NCBI GenBank assembly: GCA_044343805.1
Contig: JBIJDZ010000005.1
Coordinates: forward strand, 1-49,167
Direction: 5' to 3'
DNA from: Chthoniobacterales bacterium
GTDB taxonomy: Bacteria > Verrucomicrobiota > Verrucomicrobiia > Chthoniobacterales > JACTMZ01
Length of the DNA stretch: 49,167 nt
Position numbers and translations under genes: made by a program. The notes under the pieces were generated by a model. The model ran no database searches. It was not told where the DNA came from and worked only from the letters and a program-made list of their open reading frames with translations. Positions 1 to 10,535 of this stretch are shown here, one piece after another. Position 1 is the first letter of the stretch. Each line of letters begins with the position of its first letter.

Positions 1-37
1 CTTGTGACCGCTCCTCGTGCGCATAACCTTTGAGGGG

Positions 38-679
38 ATGGAAAACCTCGCCGAATACCTCAAAGTCTTCATTGCCATTTACGTGCTGGTCAATCCCCTC
101 GAGGGCATCCCGATCTATCTCGCCCGCAGCCAAGGCATGACCGAGTCGCAACGCCTGGCCATCGCCCGCACCACGTCGATTGCCGTCGCCGTGATCCTCT
201 GGGTTTCATTGGCCGTGGGGCATGTCGTGCTGCAACTGCTGGGCATCAGCGTCGGTGCCTTCACCCTTGCCGGCGGCATCATCATTTTTCTCATCGCCCT
301 CAAAATGGTCCTCGGTCCCGGCGGTGGGGCTGACCAAAAATCCGGTCCGGCTGGGGGTAACTTCGCGATTGTTCCCTTGGCCATTCCCCTGCTTGCCGGC
401 CCCGGCCCCATCAGCAGCGTGATCGTTTACGCCAGTAAGGGCGTCACCGCCCAAGGGGCATCGCTCACCGATGACTTGGTGCTGGCCGGCATCATTCTTG
501 TCGTCGCTGTGGCAACCTTTCTGGCCTTGGCCGTCGCCGATCCGGCCCGCCGACTTCTCGGCGAAACGGGTATCGACGTCTTTACCCGCATCTCCGGCAT
601 CCTCGTCGCCGCCATCGCCGTCGGTCTGGTCAATGAAGGCCTCGGGATGCTCTATCCGCAACTCGCCCTTTCCCGCTAA
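38..679 (+). CDS. marC: MarC family integral membrane protein
   Basis: Motifs [38 protein letters not shown] and [13 protein letters not shown]; about 6 TM segments. ATG at 38 follows GAGGGG; the ORF track starts at GTG 17. Confidence 0.9.
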   Translation: MENLAEYLKVFIAIYVLVNPLEGIPIYLARSQGMTESQRLAIARTTSIAVAVILWVSLAVGHVVLQLLGISVGAFTLAGGIIIFLIALKMVLGPGGGADQKSGPAGGNFAIVPLAIPLLAGPGPISSVIVYASKGVTAQGASLTDDLVLAGIILVVAVATFLALAVADPARRLLGETGIDVFTRISGILVAAIAVGLVNEGLGMLYPQLALSR

Positions 680-1629
680 AGCAACGGCTCCAGTAGGTTC
701 AACAGATACCCGAGCAGGATAATCCCGGCGCTGGTGATACCAAAAAACAGACCGATCAGCGGCAAACGCATCGTCCGCCGCAGCATGATTGCTTCGGGCA
801 AACTCAGTGCCGCCATCGCCATCATGAAAGCCAGCGCCGTGCCGAGCGGTATGCCTTTTTCGAAAAGCACCACCGCCACCGGCACGATCGCCGCGCAACT
901 TCCATACATCGGCACACCGAGCAACGTGGCCAGCGGCACGGAAAACACTCCCGTCGCCGACATCAGCCTCTGGATCGCTTCCTCCGGCACATAGTTGTGG
1001 ATGACCGCGCCAACCGCCACACCCGCCAGCACCCACAACCAGATTTGCCGGATCACACCCACCGCCTCATCCCAACCATAGCGCAGCCGCATCGCCCACG
1101 TATAAGCCACCGGACCTTTGTTCTCATGGGCCGATCGCAAAATATCCTCCTCGAGATAACGTTCCAGCTTCAAGCGTCCCAGCACCGCCCCCGCCGTGAT
1201 GCCGATGAACATTCCACCCGCAACATACGCCAACGTCACCGGCACGCCGAACTCCGCCGCCATCAAGATCACGAGATATTCGTTGATCAGCGGCGAGGTG
1301 ATCAGAAATGAAAACGTCACCCCCAGCGGCACGCCCGCTTTGAGCAGGCTGATGAAAATCGGAATCGACGAGCACGAGCAGAACGGCGTGACCGCACCGA
1401 ACACCGCCGCCACCACATTGCCCCACCAGCCGCCGCGCCCCATCCAAGACTTCAACCTCCCCTCCGGCAGCCACGTCCGCACCACGCCGATCAGGAAAAT
1501 CATTCCCGCCAGCAGCAGGAAAATCTTCAGCGTGTCATAGACAAAAAAATGCAGCGCGCCACCCAAGCGCGACTCCGGATCCATCCCGACCAGCTGGTAA
1601 ACGAGCCAGTCGCTCAGCTTCAGCAGCAT
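676..1629 (-). CDS. arsP: ArsP/DUF318 family permease (organoarsenical efflux type)
   Basis: [25 protein letters not shown] and ALSLPE motifs; last gene of the ars operon. Confidence 0.88.
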   Translation of the reverse strand: MLLKLSDWLVYQLVGMDPESRLGGALHFFVYDTLKIFLLLAGMIFLIGVVRTWLPEGRLKSWMGRGGWWGNVVAAVFGAVTPFCSCSSIPIFISLLKAGVPLGVTFSFLITSPLINEYLVILMAAEFGVPVTLAYVAGGMFIGITAGAVLGRLKLERYLEEDILRSAHENKGPVAYTWAMRLRYGWDEAVGVIRQIWLWVLAGVAVGAVIHNYVPEEAIQRLMSATGVFSVPLATLLGVPMYGSCAAIVPVAVVLFEKGIPLGTALAFMMAMAALSLPEAIMLRRTMRLPLIGLFFGITSAGIILLGYLLNLLEPLL

Positions 1630-1793
1630 GGCTTGCCGTTCTTGTCCGTCCCGCAGCAGCCCTGCTTCGCCTTCTTCTCGGCCGTCTCTTTCATCGCGTG
1701 ATCGATGCGCTCGATCATCCGGACCAAGAAACCTTTTTTGTTTTCCGCCGGCTCGGCGGGTTGTTCTTCAGTCGGTGTTTTGTTGTTCATCAT
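1620..1793 (-). CDS. Small 57-aa protein with two vicinal Cys pairs, probable metalloid-binding peptide (absent from the ORF track)
   Basis: Manual translation: [57 protein letters not shown]. The start overlaps the arsC stop (ATGA at 1793-1790) and the end overlaps the arsP start, so it fills the gap exactly. Confidence 0.85.
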   Translation of the reverse strand: MMNNKTPTEEQPAEPAENKKGFLVRMIERIDHAMKETAEKKAKQGCCGTDKNGKPCC

Positions 1794-2251
1794 TCCGGTG
1801 GATTGCCTTCGTTCAGACCGGCCCCCTGCCTTCTTCCGGCGGCATAGGCCTCGAAAACTTTGCGGATTTCATTTCGCACACGGCGGAACTCGTTCATCAC
1901 TTCCTCCTCCGTGCCCGTGGCATGGGCCGGATCGTCGAACCCCCAATGGTAACGCGCCGCTTGTCCGGGATACATCGGACAAGCCTGGTCCGCGTTGCCG
2001 CAGACCGTGATCACCGTCTCGATCTCGCGATCGAGAAAGTCGTTCATGTGCTTGGAAGTGTGGCCCGAAATGTCGATGCCGATCTCGGCCAAAGCGGCGA
2101 TCGCTTTGGGGTGCACATACCCCGCCGGCTTGGATCCAGCACTGTGCACTTCGAGCAAATCGCCGGCCACCGCCCGCAGAATCCCCTCCGCCATATGACT
2201 GCGGCAGGAGTTCCCAGTGCAGAGAATGAGAACACGGGGTTTGGTCTTCAT
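1790..2251 (-). CDS. arsC: Arsenate reductase, thioredoxin-coupled LMW-PTP type
   Basis: P-loop CTGNSCRS, resolving cysteines in [11 protein letters not shown], and HWGFDDP. Confidence 0.95.
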   Translation of the reverse strand: MKTKPRVLILCTGNSCRSHMAEGILRAVAGDLLEVHSAGSKPAGYVHPKAIAALAEIGIDISGHTSKHMNDFLDREIETVITVCGNADQACPMYPGQAARYHWGFDDPAHATGTEEEVMNEFRRVRNEIRKVFEAYAAGRRQGAGLNEGNPPE

Positions 2252-3441
2252 GATCTGCGGCTCTCCATGCTCTGGCGCACTGCCCGGCAGGCTTCAGTTT
2301 GTAGGAAGGCGCGGTCGGGGGCGGACAGCTCTCCCTCCCCGAGACGGTCGGCCTCCTCGATGACCTCACGCGGGAAGTATTTGCGACGCAGCCACAACGC
2401 GACATGGACCAACCCGATCAGCACGGGCACCTCGATGAGCGGACCGACCACCGTGGCGAAGGCCACCCCGGAAGCGATGCCAAACACGGCGATGGCCACG
2501 GCAATCGCCAACTCGAAATTGTTGCCCGCCGCCGTGAAAGCCAGCGTCGTGCTACGCGAGTAATCCGCCCCGACGCGCCGGCCGAGGAAAAAGCTGATCC
2601 CGAACATCAGGACGAAATAAATCGTCAGCGGCACCGCGATCCGTAACACATCGAAAGGAAGTTTCACGATGGTGTCACCCTTGAAAGTGAACATGACGAC
2701 GATGGTGAAAAGCAGGGCAATCAAGGTGACCGGCGAAATAATCGGGACAAATTTTAGCTCGTACCAGTCGCGCCCCTTGAGCGGGATAAGAATGAGGCGG
2801 CTCAGCACGCCCGCCGCAAACGGAATGCCCAGATAGATCATCACGCTGGCGAAAATCTGTCCGATGGTCACATCCGCCAGTGATTTTCCACCAAGCCCTT
2901 GCACCCCCGAGAGATCGATGCCGAGCAGTCCGGGCAGCCACGTGATGAAGATCCACGCGTAGAATCCGAACGTCACGATCTGGAAGACACTGTTGAGCGC
3001 GACCAGACCGGCGCAATACTCGCTGCTGCCCTTGGCCAGTTGGTTCCAGACCAGAACCATGGCGATGCAGCGGGCGATGCCGACCAGAATCAGCCCCACC
3101 ATGTAATCCGGGTGATCGCGCAGAAACAAAACGGCCAGCCCGAACATCAGGACCGGACCGATCAGCCAGTTCTGCAGCAGCGACAGAACCAACACCTTCG
3201 TGTTGGCAAAAACCTTGGGTATTTCCTCGTAGCGCACCTTGGCCAGCGGCGGATACATCATCAGGATCAACCCCGCAGCAATGAGCAGATTCGTCGTGCC
3301 GAGCGTGACCGGCGCAAAAAACTCTTCCGGGTCCGCAATGAGAAAATTACCCGCCAACACCCCGGCCGCCATCGCGGCAAAGATCCATAGCGTGAGATAG
3401 CGGTCCAAAAAGGACATCCGGCGGGCAATCGAGTCGTTCAT
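2248..3441 (-). CDS. acr3: ACR3 family arsenite efflux transporter
   Basis: [42 protein letters not shown] and GPLIEVP. True start is ATG 3441, overlapping the arsR stop; the ORF-track extension to 3747 is spurious. Confidence 0.95.
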   Translation of the reverse strand: MNDSIARRMSFLDRYLTLWIFAAMAAGVLAGNFLIADPEEFFAPVTLGTTNLLIAAGLILMMYPPLAKVRYEEIPKVFANTKVLVLSLLQNWLIGPVLMFGLAVLFLRDHPDYMVGLILVGIARCIAMVLVWNQLAKGSSEYCAGLVALNSVFQIVTFGFYAWIFITWLPGLLGIDLSGVQGLGGKSLADVTIGQIFASVMIYLGIPFAAGVLSRLILIPLKGRDWYELKFVPIISPVTLIALLFTIVVMFTFKGDTIVKLPFDVLRIAVPLTIYFVLMFGISFFLGRRVGADYSRSTTLAFTAAGNNFELAIAVAIAVFGIASGVAFATVVGPLIEVPVLIGLVHVALWLRRKYFPREVIEEADRLGEGELSAPDRAFLQTEACRAVRQSMESRRS

Positions 3442-3827
3442 AATTTCGAGGATGTAGAAAGGCGGCGCGGCGGATGGGACGGGCGCTCGCAGGCCGCCGA
3501 GCCGGAGCTTTTCCGGAGCTGACGCAAACGCTGCAAGTCCTGACGGAAAACGGCTTCCTCGGCCGCGACATCCTGCAAACACGCCAAATTCGCCTCCAAC
3601 GCCGCCGGACGTTTCGCCGGCAAACGGTAAATCATCCACTGTCCGCACCGCTCCGGTGTCACCATTCCACGCTCCCGCAGATACGCCAAGTGCCGCGAAA
3701 TTTTCACCTGCGGCTCCCGCAATACCTCCTGCAAATGACACACGCACAACGGACCACCCAGCAACAGATGCACGATCCTCAACCGCGTCCGGTCACACAG
3801 GCACTCGTGGATTTTTACCAGCTCCAT
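3438..3827 (-). CDS. arsR: ArsR/SmtB family transcriptional repressor
   Basis: [10 protein letters not shown], the alpha-3 site LCVCHL, and HTH segment ISRHLAYLR; first gene of the ars operon. Confidence 0.93.
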   Translation of the reverse strand: MELVKIHECLCDRTRLRIVHLLLGGPLCVCHLQEVLREPQVKISRHLAYLRERGMVTPERCGQWMIYRLPAKRPAALEANLACLQDVAAEEAVFRQDLQRLRQLRKSSGSAACERPSHPPRRLSTSSKL

Positions 3828-3836
3828 ACGTGAAGA

Positions 3837-3858
3837 TATATTTGCATATACATATATA
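3837..3858. promoter_or_regulatory. Putative ArsR operator overlapping the arsR promoter
   Basis: AT-rich imperfect inverted repeat TATATTTGCAT|ATACATATATA (9/11 matches). On the minus strand it lies between TTGACG (3864-3859) and TATCTT (3838-3833), the latter 5 nt before the arsR ATG. Confidence 0.7.
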
Positions 3859-3955
3859 CGTCAAAGCGTATTTTTCCAAAGATTGGGCAGAGCCCTTTGG
3901 ACCCACCACGCCTCATCCTTTGTTTCCTTCCTGCCCCGCGTGCTATAACGCACCT

Positions 3956-4582
3956 ATGTTCGGACTCACCAAGCGCGAAGAGGCCGTCCTTCGCCGCCTC
4001 GATACCCCGGTCAAAATCCAGAACTTCCTCGACCGCCTACCCATCAATTTCGAGAAGCACGGCGAGACGCACTTCTCCCCCCGGCGTGTCCTGCGCGAAC
4101 GCAAAGCTCACTGCACCGAAGGCGCCCTCTTCGCCGCCACCGCCCTCTGGTTGCGCGGCGAACGCCCCCTGCTCCTCGACCTGAAAACCACCCACTACGA
4201 CGACGAGCACGTCGTCGCCCTCTTCCGTGTTAACGGCTACTGGGGCGCCATCTCCAAGACCAACCACGCCGTGGTCCGTTACCGCGATCCCATCTACCTC
4301 ACCACCCGCGAACTCGCCATGTCCTACTTCCACGAATACTTCCGCGACCATGATGGACTGAAAACTCTCGCCTCCTACTCCCGTCCCTTCGACCTCCGCC
4401 GTCTCGGCGACTCCTGGGTCACCGCCGAAGAAGACCTCTGGTATCTCGACGACAAACTCAATGCCGTCCCCCACTATCCTTTTGTCCCGCAAAAGAACCA
4501 GCGCCTCATCCGCCGCGCCACCCCCTTCGAACGCCGCACCCTTAACACCCGCGAGTGGACCAAACACGACCCCGGCACCTGA
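3956..4582 (+). CDS. Vasohibin-like / transglutaminase-like cysteine protease (208 aa)
   Basis: KAHCTEGAL...DDEHVVALF...GYWGAISKT...RYRDPIYLTTRELAMSY follows the Cys/His motif order of the vasohibin family. ATG 3956 follows TGcTATAAC; the ORF-track extension from 3656 is antisense to arsR and spurious. Confidence 0.7.
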   Translation: MFGLTKREEAVLRRLDTPVKIQNFLDRLPINFEKHGETHFSPRRVLRERKAHCTEGALFAATALWLRGERPLLLDLKTTHYDDEHVVALFRVNGYWGAISKTNHAVVRYRDPIYLTTRELAMSYFHEYFRDHDGLKTLASYSRPFDLRRLGDSWVTAEEDLWYLDDKLNAVPHYPFVPQKNQRLIRRATPFERRTLNTREWTKHDPGT

Positions 4583-4637
4583 CCGCACTCCCTTTGCTCG
4601 CCAGACCGCACCGCCCGTGCTAAGAGTCTGGCTGCAC

Positions 4638-4719
4638 GCTCGGGTGGCGAAATTGGCAGACGCGCCAGACTTAGGATCTGGTTCCGCAAGGAGTGTGGGT
4701 TCAAGTCCCTCCCCGAGCA
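4638..4719 (+). tRNA. tRNA-Leu (anticodon TAG)
   Basis: GCTCGGG/CCCGAGC acceptor stem, CCAGA-CTTAGGA-TCTGG anticodon arm, long variable arm and GGTTCAAGTCC T-arm; CCA not encoded. Confidence 0.96.
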
Positions 4720-4867
4720 TTTTTTTCTTAGTCGGCAAATCAGACGCACCGCAGATACGCCGTCGTAACGCCTCAAAACGCAACTTTTCGACCATTTGAG
4801 GGCTCAAATACGTCGAGCGCACACGTTCACTTGTCCAGGGCGAGCATCAACTTGTTGAGCGAACGCG

Positions 4868-7800
4868 TCAACTTGGTCGAAATTTCCGTTTTTCTTCCTC
4901 TTGCAAACACCGTTTGCCTCGCGACGCGCCGAAAATCTCCCGCGAACGCAAGGCGTAGAAAATCACCGGCGTCACAATCAGAATATGCAGCAAGCTACTG
5001 ACCATGCCTCCGATGACCGGGGCGGCGATGGGCTTCATCACTTCGGCGCCGGTGCGCGTGCTCCACATGATGGGTAGCAGGCTGGCGATGACGGTAGATA
5101 CAGTCATCACTTTCGGCCGCAACCGCAGCAACGCGCCCTCCTTCACCGCCACCAGCAGATCCCGCGGGGAGAACTTCTCTCCGAGTTCCTCGCGTTTCTT
5201 CTGCAGCGCTTCCTCGAGATAGACGACCATGACCACACCGGTCTGGATCGCCGTGCCGAACAACGCGATATAACCGATCCACACGGCTACGCTGAAATTG
5301 TAGCCGAGCAACCATTGCAGAAAGACCCCGCCGGTCAGCGCGAAGGGCACCGCCAGAATGACGTGCGAGGCCTCGAGCACACTGCGGAACGTGACATAGA
5401 GGAGCAGGAAAATAATGATCAGCACCACCGGCACGACAGCCTGCAAGGTGCGACGGGCCCGCAGCTGGTTTTCATACTGTCCGCTCCACTCGATGCTGAC
5501 CCCGGGAGCGGGCGCGACCTCCGCGGCAATGCGTCTTTGAGCCTCGGCCACGAACCCGCCCAAGTCGCGGCCCTGCACATTGGTATGCACGAAGAGTTTG
5601 AGCAGTCCGTTTTCGCTCTGGATTTCACTCGGACCGATGTTGCGGCGGATTTCCGCCAACTGGCCGAGCGGCACATACGATCCGTCCTTGCCTGCCACGA
5701 GAATGCGTCCCAACGCAGCCATATCATCCCGCTCCCCGCGCTGCAGGCGCACCTGCACGGGAAAGCGCTGGCGCCCCTCGATCGTCGTCCCCACATTCAC
5801 TCCGCCGATCCCCGCTTCGACGTAATCGAGCACATCACGCAGAGACAATCCGTAGCGCGCCAACCGCACGCGGTCGGGAATGATCTCGAGGTATGGCTTG
5901 GCCTGCACCCGTGACGGTGCCACCCCCACCGCCCCGGGCACCGTGCGCAGAACCTTCTCCACCTCAAACGCTTTGCTTTGCAGAGTTTCCAGATCCGCCC
6001 CCAGAATTTTCAATCCCACCTGAGCGCGGATGCCCGTGCTCAACATAAGGATGCGATTTTCGATCGGCTGCAAAAACCCCGGCACATAGCCCGGCACCTG
6101 CGAGAGCTTGGCCGACAGCTCCGCCACAAGTTTGTCCTTCGTCATGCCCGGTCGCCACTGCTCCGGCGGTTTCAGCATGATGGTGGTTTCGATCATCTCA
6201 ACCGGCGCCGGGTCGGTGGACGTCTCGGCGCGGCCCAATTTGCCCGCGGCGGACTCCACCTCGGGCACCTCCCGCATCACCTGATCCTGCCAAGCCATGA
6301 TGCGCTTCACCTCGGTGAGCGAAGTGCTCGGCAGTAGTACGGGCATGAAGAGCAGGCTGCCCTCGTTGAGCGGCGGCATGAATTCCGACCCCATACCCCC
6401 GGCCGCCTTGGCCAACGCGGGGAGGTTCGCCCGGCGCAAACCGTCTACCATGGATGACGGCAGGCCGAAGGCCATGAACAGCGCCGTCGCCAACAGCAGC
6501 CCCGCCGCGGCCAGCACGGCGCGCCCGTGCCCGAGCGCCCAGTCGAGCACCGGGCCATACATCCGCAGCAGCGGACGCATGACGAAGTTCGACCCCTCCG
6601 GGTGAAACGGTCCCCGTACCAGCCACGAGCAGAGCACCGGCACAATGGTCACCGCCAGCAGTGTCGCACCGACCATCGCGAACGTCTTCGTGAACGCCAG
6701 CGGATGGAAAAGTTTTCCCTCCTGCCCGGTCAACGCGAACACCGGCAGGAACGCCAGGATGATGATGGCCATGGAAAAAAACACCGGACGCCCGACCTGT
6801 GACGCAGCGCGGCCCGTGACCGCCAGCGTTTCCGCCGCGGTCAAGCGCGAGCCCTTTTCCCGCTCGGCCCGCTCGCAATGCCGGATCACATTTTCCGTGA
6901 TGACAATCGTCCCGTCCACCAGCACACCGATGGCGATGGCAATGCCGGCCAACGACATGATGTTCGACGTGATGCCAAACTCACGCATGAGAATGAACGA
7001 AATCAGAATCGCCGCCGGCAGCGGAATCGTCACGATGAGGACGCTGCGGAAATGCCAGAGGAAGAGTATGTGGGCCAAAGTCACGAGGATGACTTCCTCG
7101 ATGAGCGCCCCGCGCAAGGTATCGATGGTTCGTTCGATCAACCCGCTGCGGTCGTAGAAAGGTTTGATAGTCACACCCGATGGCAGACTCGGCTGGATCT
7201 GCGCGATCTTTTCTTTGATGCCGCGGATCACCGCCATGGCGTTTTCGCCCGTGCGCATCACCACCGTGCCGCCCACCACCTCGCGCCCGTTCACGTCGAG
7301 CGTGCCCCGCCGGAACTCGCCGCCCAGCGATACATTTGCGATGTCTTTCACGTAAACCGGCACGCCGTCCGCCGTGCGAACAACCACTTGCTCCAGATCC
7401 GCGACCGATCCCACCAACCCCAGACCACGCACGACAAACTCCAGCCCGTTCTCCTCGATAACCTTGCCGCCCACGTTGAGATTTCCCGCCGAGAGCGCTT
7501 CCATCACTTCCTGCAGCGACACGCCTGCCGCCCGCATTTTGTCCGAAGATACCGCGACCTGATACTGTTGCACAAAACCCCCGACACTCGCCACCTCGGC
7601 CACACCGGGCACGGAGGCCAGCTGGTAGCGCAGGAAATAATCCTGCAACGATCGCAGCTTGCCGAGATCCGTGTCGGTCGCACGCGCATCCGTCGCGAGG
7701 TAGTATTGGTACACCCAGCCCAGACCCGTCGCATCGGGTCCGAGACGCGGCACCACGCCGGACGGCAACAGGTCGCTGACAAAACTCAGCCGTTCGAGCA

Positions 7801-8128
7801 CGCGCGTGCGGGCGAAGTAGTTGTCGATCCGGTCCTCGAAAATCACGGTCAAAAGCGAAAAGCCGAACATCGAAATGCCGCGCACTTCCCGCACCCCCGC
7901 CAACCCCTGCAAATTCGACGAGAGCGGATACGTCACCTGGTCCTCCACCTCCTGCGGACTGCGCCCGGCCCAGTCGGCAAAGACGATCACCTGGTTCTCG
8001 CTCAGGTCGGGAATCGCATCGACCGGCGTATTGCGCAGCGCGACGACGCCGTAAGCCACCGCGAGCAGGAAAGCACAGGCGACAAGAAAGCGGTTGCGCA
8101 ACACCCAACCGATCACCGTGGCGATCAA
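4868..8128 (-). CDS. cusA: CusA/CzcA heavy-metal RND efflux permease
   Basis: [51 protein letters not shown] and [11 protein letters not shown] start at 8128 after GGAGG, overlapping the cusB stop. Confidence 0.93.
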   Translation of the reverse strand: MIATVIGWVLRNRFLVACAFLLAVAYGVVALRNTPVDAIPDLSENQVIVFADWAGRSPQEVEDQVTYPLSSNLQGLAGVREVRGISMFGFSLLTVIFEDRIDNYFARTRVLERLSFVSDLLPSGVVPRLGPDATGLGWVYQYYLATDARATDTDLGKLRSLQDYFLRYQLASVPGVAEVASVGGFVQQYQVAVSSDKMRAAGVSLQEVMEALSAGNLNVGGKVIEENGLEFVVRGLGLVGSVADLEQVVVRTADGVPVYVKDIANVSLGGEFRRGTLDVNGREVVGGTVVMRTGENAMAVIRGIKEKIAQIQPSLPSGVTIKPFYDRSGLIERTIDTLRGALIEEVILVTLAHILFLWHFRSVLIVTIPLPAAILISFILMREFGITSNIMSLAGIAIAIGVLVDGTIVITENVIRHCERAEREKGSRLTAAETLAVTGRAASQVGRPVFFSMAIIILAFLPVFALTGQEGKLFHPLAFTKTFAMVGATLLAVTIVPVLCSWLVRGPFHPEGSNFVMRPLLRMYGPVLDWALGHGRAVLAAAGLLLATALFMAFGLPSSMVDGLRRANLPALAKAAGGMGSEFMPPLNEGSLLFMPVLLPSTSLTEVKRIMAWQDQVMREVPEVESAAGKLGRAETSTDPAPVEMIETTIMLKPPEQWRPGMTKDKLVAELSAKLSQVPGYVPGFLQPIENRILMLSTGIRAQVGLKILGADLETLQSKAFEVEKVLRTVPGAVGVAPSRVQAKPYLEIIPDRVRLARYGLSLRDVLDYVEAGIGGVNVGTTIEGRQRFPVQVRLQRGERDDMAALGRILVAGKDGSYVPLGQLAEIRRNIGPSEIQSENGLLKLFVHTNVQGRDLGGFVAEAQRRIAAEVAPAPGVSIEWSGQYENQLRARRTLQAVVPVVLIIIFLLLYVTFRSVLEASHVILAVPFALTGGVFLQWLLGYNFSVAVWIGYIALFGTAIQTGVVMVVYLEEALQKKREELGEKFSPRDLLVAVKEGALLRLRPKVMTVSTVIASLLPIMWSTRTGAEVMKPIAAPVIGGMVSSLLHILIVTPVIFYALRSREIFGASRGKRCLQEEEKRKFRPS

Positions 8129-9687
8129 GGACGCACCTCCTGGCCGCACTCGAGCATGGCCGCTCCGAACCACGGATTGCGCAACGGTCCCTCGAGTTGG
8201 ATCCACCGCGCTTTCGGCGGCGCGCCGGGAAACGCTCCGGCGGCCATCGGACACTCATACACCTTCACCGCGCCGGGATGTTTCAGAGCTTCGTCCACCG
8301 CCGGTGTCACCGCTTCGTAGAATGCCTTGCGGGCCTCCGCCAACGAACCCGCGGGCGCGGACAACCCCAAAACTGCCGCCGTTTCGTTGAACTTCGCCAG
8401 GTCATCCGCCGCCAGCGCCGCGGCCGCGGCACTCAACGCCGTCCACCGCGCCATGGCTTCGACAGGAATTTCATGGGCCGGAGATGCCTGCCCCGGATTC
8501 GCGGCCACCGCACCGAGCATTTCGGGTTGGGCCATCTGCGCCTCGGCATCGATCATCAAATTGCCCCGCACCACCACACGTTCGCCCTCGGCCAATCCCG
8601 AGAGGATTTCCACGGACTCGTCGCCGCGCCGCCCCACCCGCACATCGCGCCGTTCGTAGGCGCCGCCTCCGCGCTCAACGTAGGCCACCGCCCTCACCCC
8701 CGTGTCCAGCACGGCGCTGCGCGGCACGGTCAAAGCGTCCTCCGATCCCACCGTCAAACGCGCCTCACCGTAAGCCCGGTGCGGCAGCACGCGGTTGTGC
8801 CCCGGCACTTCCGAAACTTTCGGGTTCGCCACCTCGATCCGCACCTGCGTGCTGCGGGTTTCCGGATGGAACGTCGGGTCGATCAACGTGACTGCACCTT
8901 CCAACTCCCGCCCCGGCGCCGAGGGCGATGTCACCACTGCCGGCAACCCCGGGCGCACCCATGCCAAATCCTGCTCGTAAACCTGCGCGTGGAACCACAT
9001 CACATTGAAATCCGCGATCTCGAAAAGCACCTCGCCGCTCTTCACGTATTTTCCCGGGTACACATTGCGCGTCACCACCGTGCCGTCCATCGGCGAGCGC
9101 AACATCAGCCCGAACGACTCACGGGCGCGGTCCGACAAATCCTCGACCTGCGCCGGCGTCAGACCGAACTGCACCAAGCGCTGCCGGGCCACCGACGCCT
9201 GCGGGTCATCCCGCCCGCGGCGCACCGCCGTCTGGAACTCGCGCACCACATAGAGCAGTTCCGGACTGTAAATCTCCGCCAGCGGCTCCTCGCGCCTCAC
9301 ATCCACGCCCACATGTTCGACAAACACCTTGTCGATCCGCCCGTCGAAAAACGCCGAGATGATCCGGTGCTTCGTGTCGTCGTCCTCGATCACCCCCGAC
9401 AGACGGATCGTCTTCTCGACCGGCCCGCGCACCACCGGCGCGGTTGCCACGCCCAGGATTTGCGCGGTGGACGGCATCAGCGTGACGATCCCCGGCTCGG
9501 TGGAGATACCTTCCTCCCCCTCGTAAACCGGCACCAGATCCATCCCGCAAATCGTGCACTGGCCCGGCTGGTCCGCGGTAATCCATGGATGCATCGGGCT
9601 TTGGTAAAATTTGACGGCGCGTTGTTCGCCGTCTTCGGGACGCGAGCATCCCGACACTAAGATTAAAAGGAGTAGGAATTTTTTCAT
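8125..9687 (-). CDS. cusB: CusB-type periplasmic adaptor (lipoprotein) with N-terminal heavy-metal-binding domain and C-terminal DUF3347-like domain
   Basis: Lipobox signal [21 protein letters not shown]...[23 protein letters not shown] and YECPMA...[12 protein letters not shown]. Confidence 0.9.
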   Translation of the reverse strand: MKKFLLLLILVSGCSRPEDGEQRAVKFYQSPMHPWITADQPGQCTICGMDLVPVYEGEEGISTEPGIVTLMPSTAQILGVATAPVVRGPVEKTIRLSGVIEDDDTKHRIISAFFDGRIDKVFVEHVGVDVRREEPLAEIYSPELLYVVREFQTAVRRGRDDPQASVARQRLVQFGLTPAQVEDLSDRARESFGLMLRSPMDGTVVTRNVYPGKYVKSGEVLFEIADFNVMWFHAQVYEQDLAWVRPGLPAVVTSPSAPGRELEGAVTLIDPTFHPETRSTQVRIEVANPKVSEVPGHNRVLPHRAYGEARLTVGSEDALTVPRSAVLDTGVRAVAYVERGGGAYERRDVRVGRRGDESVEILSGLAEGERVVVRGNLMIDAEAQMAQPEMLGAVAANPGQASPAHEIPVEAMARWTALSAAAAALAADDLAKFNETAAVLGLSAPAGSLAEARKAFYEAVTPAVDEALKHPGAVKVYECPMAAGAFPGAPPKARWIQLEGPLRNPWFGAAMLECGQEVRP

Positions 9688-9774
9688 TTGGTTGTTTTCC
9701 GGAAGTGCCCCGGACGGGGCTTCAAAGAGCAAACGCCGATCGGGCCAGCCGTCGGCCACGTCAAAGACCGAAAA

Positions 9775-10140
9775 TCAAATCAACCAAACCTGCAAAAGCC
9801 GCTGCCTTTGCGCGGGCGGAGGCCCGTGCGGCATCGCCCACCACTCCAGGGCAAACCGCTCCGGGGCACGGGCGCCCGCCACGTTGAAAGACTCGAACAC
9901 CTGCAAATGACTCGATGGAGCGACTGCGACCGTTAGGGCGGCGGCGGTCTTCGCAGAAATCAGCACATGGCCCGCGCAACCGCAATTGTCGGCACGCTCG
10001 GTCGAATGCGCGCGCTCCGCACAGCAACCGTCTTCCGCCAACTCCGTCGTCACCACCATAGCCCCGCGACAACAACACACCCCAAGAACCAGCATCACAA
10101 CTGCCAACCACGCTGCCCCTTGATGTTTCACAGCAGGCAT
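9775..10140 (-). CDS. Cys-rich exported leader protein upstream of cusBA (DUF2946/HYC_CC_PP-like architecture)
   Basis: Hydrophobic signal segment, CCC, CC and CxC clusters, C-terminal HGPPP...LLQVWLI; first ORF of the efflux operon. Confidence 0.7.
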   Translation of the reverse strand: MPAVKHQGAAWLAVVMLVLGVCCCRGAMVVTTELAEDGCCAERAHSTERADNCGCAGHVLISAKTAAALTVAVAPSSHLQVFESFNVAGARAPERFALEWWAMPHGPPPAQRQRLLQVWLI

Positions 10141-10535
10141 GAGGTTAAAATACGCCCATTGTGAATAATGTCATGGTGTTTTCTGTCCGGCCCCTGATTC
10201 GTAGGAGGAAACGCTGTTTGCTCCGCTACCAACGATACAGACCCGCTTGTGCTTGGGGGCACAATTGGGCAAGTCCAAAACCATCCGCGCTTTTTTCGTA
10301 GTGGGAAATTTACCGCCTCACCATCGAACACAATATCCTGCATCACCGCGAAGTCGGCGCCATTCCGAGCAGCAGGCTGCTGAATCTCAAAAAGCCGTTC
10401 ACTTTCCCTGATCTCGCCTTTGGGGACGGCGGGCTGACTGCCGCTGCGTTAAGGGGGCCAAGGTCGCATCCTGAACCGGCATTGATTTCTTGGCGCCAGC
10501 CCATCGCGGACCACATGAATACACCCGCAAAAAAC

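Noticed and set aside
2332-2343. 12-bp match (TCCCTCCCCGAG) to the tRNA-Leu 3' end, as a possible att site
   Set aside because: Short, inside the acr3 coding frame and on the wrong (5') side of the tRNA; likely chance.
3442-3955. N-terminal ORF-track extensions of acr3 (to 3747) and of the vasohibin-like gene (from 3656); likewise for gpsA, queA, comF, SET and cusA
   Set aside because: They overlap neighbouring real genes; family motifs begin at the downstream starts, which also give 4-bp coupling overlaps or fit promoters.
6878-9660. Long plus-strand ORFs (480 aa and 487 aa) and other alternate-frame ORFs over cusA/cusB
   Set aside because: Antisense shadows of well-supported GC-rich genes, with no recognisable motifs.
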